DNA of 62,066 nucleotides, the filler included, from Hausera hauseri (lineage: Eukaryota), in assembly GCA_046269625.1 (NCBI GenBank). It is 12 parts of 12 records of this genome, joined end to end, with 100 filler letters (N's around TTAATTAATTAA, not from the genome) between each part and the next. Parts side by side here need not be neighbours in the genome. Positions count along the whole stretch, not along the records: positions 53,502 to 62,066 come from JBJURY010597666.1; 11 more parts are not named here. One strand, 5' to 3'. This document shows positions 60,351-62,066 of this stretch, in pieces; position 1 is the stretch's first letter; the number at the start of each line of letters is the position of its first letter. The notes below the pieces were generated by a model. It was not told where the DNA came from. It saw nothing but the letters and a program-made list of their open reading frames with translations, and searched no databases. Both the position numbers and the translations under genes were made by a program.

Positions 60351-62066
60351 TCAGGTTGAGTAACCACCTCTGTGACCTCGACCACCGCGTTGCCCAGGAC
60401 CGCGTCTGCCACGTGAGTGTGGGCCTGGAAAAAAGTTCTGTTCATTTTGATGTTGTTGTTGCTGGTACTGGTTCGGTTCTGGACCTTGCATCTGGAAACG
60501 TGGACCTTGAGGTCTGAACTGGTGTGCCGGTCGTCCTCTGTTGTAACGTTTGTGAGGGCAGTGTCTGACCCAGTGGTCGAGGCCTCCACACAGGAAGCAG
60601 GGTTGGAATCCCTGAGGTCCATCGTGATTTTGGTATGGCCAGGCAGCTTGTTGTGGTGGATATGGTGGGAGGGGTGGTCTTTGTTGCAGCAGCTGGGGTC
60701 TTTGGGGACCTTGGGGTCCAGCTGGGTTAAGAGTCATGTGAGCTGCGGCTTGGAGGAGCGTGAGTTGAGCATCCTCCGTTTGTTTTTGTTTCTTTTTCTG
60801 CGTGGTGTTCACTTCTGCAGTGTGATGATCCCATGCATGTTTTGCATGTTTCAAAAGTTCATCCAGACGTACACCAGATTTCCATCCGATGTAGGTGGTC
60901 TTGACAGCCTTTTGAATTGGTGGGAGGAGCCCACTCATTAAAGACTGGCAGAAAATGATTTCGAATGATGTGGGTGGGTTGTCTGTGCGCCAATTATTTT
61001 CTGGTGCAGCAATCCCAGAGTGTGTCCTGAAGATGGGCAACAGTCTATCTGCATAATCTTGTGGAGTTTCATCAGACCTTTGGACTGTGTCAGTGATGGT
61101 TGAATAGTTTGGAGTTTGTGGAAAACTCTCTTCGATGCGTTTTGTGATCCTTGTCAGCTGATAGACGAAGGCCTTGTTGTCCTTATGGCCAAAGTCGTTG
61201 TTGAGAAGGCGTTGTCCTTCTTCTACATCGAACAACTGAGTCCCAATGGTGTTGACAAAACCAATTCCGTACACAGAAACCAGTATCATCTTAAATTCAG
61301 CGATGGAGGGGCGGATTACGTCTGCCATGTTTAGGACTGCTTGTGCAATTGCAGCTCCACCTTGGGCCAGGTCTGGCAGGTGTTGGTGTGCTATTTCGAT
61401 CAAAGTTGCTTTTGGCCATGCTCTGTAGACAAGTTGAGGTCCCTCGGGTCCCCCAACTTCCACCATCGGAAAATTGTTTACATCTGACTCGTTGCATGAT
61501 TCAGAGGCGGAGTCGTGGTCGGAAGATGATGATTTATGCTTGTGCCTGGTGTTATCTGCAGGACACCCATCAGTGATAGAATTAGGGTTTGTCACGTTTT
61601 TTCCAGAGTCCTTGCTTTTTGTTTCTTGGCTTTTCCCACAGTAATCATCAAGATCCAATGTCCAGATGGGTGCTGAGGAGTTTAGCTCTGGTGGGACGTA
61701 CGGTGGGGGTGAGGCGGTCAGGCCGGTCAGAGAGGGGTAGAGTGGCGCTGTGGGAGGCAGAGATCCATTGGACTCCGGTGCATGTGGGACAGAGAGAAAA
61801 GGAGAAGAAGTGGTTAGTTTGGCCAACAGTGAAACTTGTCCTTTCTTATTTTTCTTTTTCTGTGTCAAGGTCTCATTTTTTGGAGCCAGTGTAGTTGACT
61901 TTCCGATTTTCTGGGACATTTGTAAAATCTTAGAAGCTGATTTTTGTGTTACAGACTTGGATTCATTTTTCCAGAGCTTAAAAGCCTGTTCGTGATTGTG
62001 CATTGCTGTAAGTGTGGCTTGTGGGATCTTTTTCATGCTACACATCTTCTGTTTCTGACGTGTTAA
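60351..62066 (-). CDS. gag: Gag, N-terminus beyond the window
   Basis: Late-domain motifs PTAP, LYPSL and PPPY; MHR-like Q..DE....Y..RL; a single zinc knuckle CFLCGGLDHWVRHC. Confidence 0.92.
   Translation of the reverse strand, partial: LTRQKQKMCSMKKIPQATLTAMHNHEQAFKLWKNESKSVTQKSASKILQMSQKIGKSTTLAPKNETLTQKKKNKKGQVSLLAKLTTSSPFLSVPHAPESNGSLPPTAPLYPSLTGLTASPPPYVPPELNSSAPIWTLDLDDYCGKSQETKSKDSGKNVTNPNSITDGCPADNTRHKHKSSSSDHDSASESCNESDVNNFPMVEVGGPEGPQLVYRAWPKATLIEIAHQHLPDLAQGGAAIAQAVLNMADVIRPSIAEFKMILVSVYGIGFVNTIGTQLFDVEEGQRLLNNDFGHKDNKAFVYQLTRITKRIEESFPQTPNYSTITDTVQRSDETPQDYADRLLPIFRTHSGIAAPENNWRTDNPPTSFEIIFCQSLMSGLLPPIQKAVKTTYIGWKSGVRLDELLKHAKHAWDHHTAEVNTTQKKKQKQTEDAQLTLLQAAAHMTLNPAGPQGPQRPQLLQQRPPLPPYPPQQAAWPYQNHDGPQGFQPCFLCGGLDHWVRHCPHKRYNRGRPAHQFRPQGPRFQMQGPEPNQYQQQQHQNEQNFFPGPHSRGRRGPGQRGGRGHRGGYST

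Larger units (their letters stand above)
53502..62066 (-). mobile_element. Class I (epsilon-like, fish-type) endogenous retrovirus; LTRs not in the window
   Basis: gag-pro-pol in one frame with a stop-codon junction, YVDD RT, GPY/F integrase and a gamma-type env. Confidence 0.93.

Overview
This is not contiguous DNA. Twelve eukaryotic contigs are joined by eleven identical 100-nt linkers (44 N + TTAATTAATTAA + 44 N). Most contigs appear to come from a compact, AT-rich invertebrate metazoan genome with 41-61 nt introns. Host genes are a muscle myosin heavy chain tail, vigilin, GIGYF, a glucosylceramide synthase pseudogene, an SRCR exon and a class A GPCR. Mobile DNA comprises three decayed Ty3/Gypsy elements, mariner and Tigger fragments, two convergent decayed protein-primed PolB genes, two copies of one Polinton/Maverick family, and a near-complete fish-type class I endogenous retrovirus. 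Three observations stand out. (1) The Polinton family can be reconstructed from two contigs and carries its own TATA-binding-protein homolog next to the packaging ATPase, heading an arm of TATA-box-preceded accessory genes (dUTPase, DEDD-like nuclease, RING). (2) Three independent multi-part chimeric host genes occur: Ty3-vigilin, GIGYF-Hip/ST13, and an in-frame UGGT-USP7-GT14 fusion. They reflect either a real gene-shuffling process or a library/assembly artefact. (3) The retrovirus has a 2H phosphoesterase domain between protease and RT, and three in-frame stops, two of them at domain boundaries. All family assignments rest on motif recognition by eye; no database search was run.
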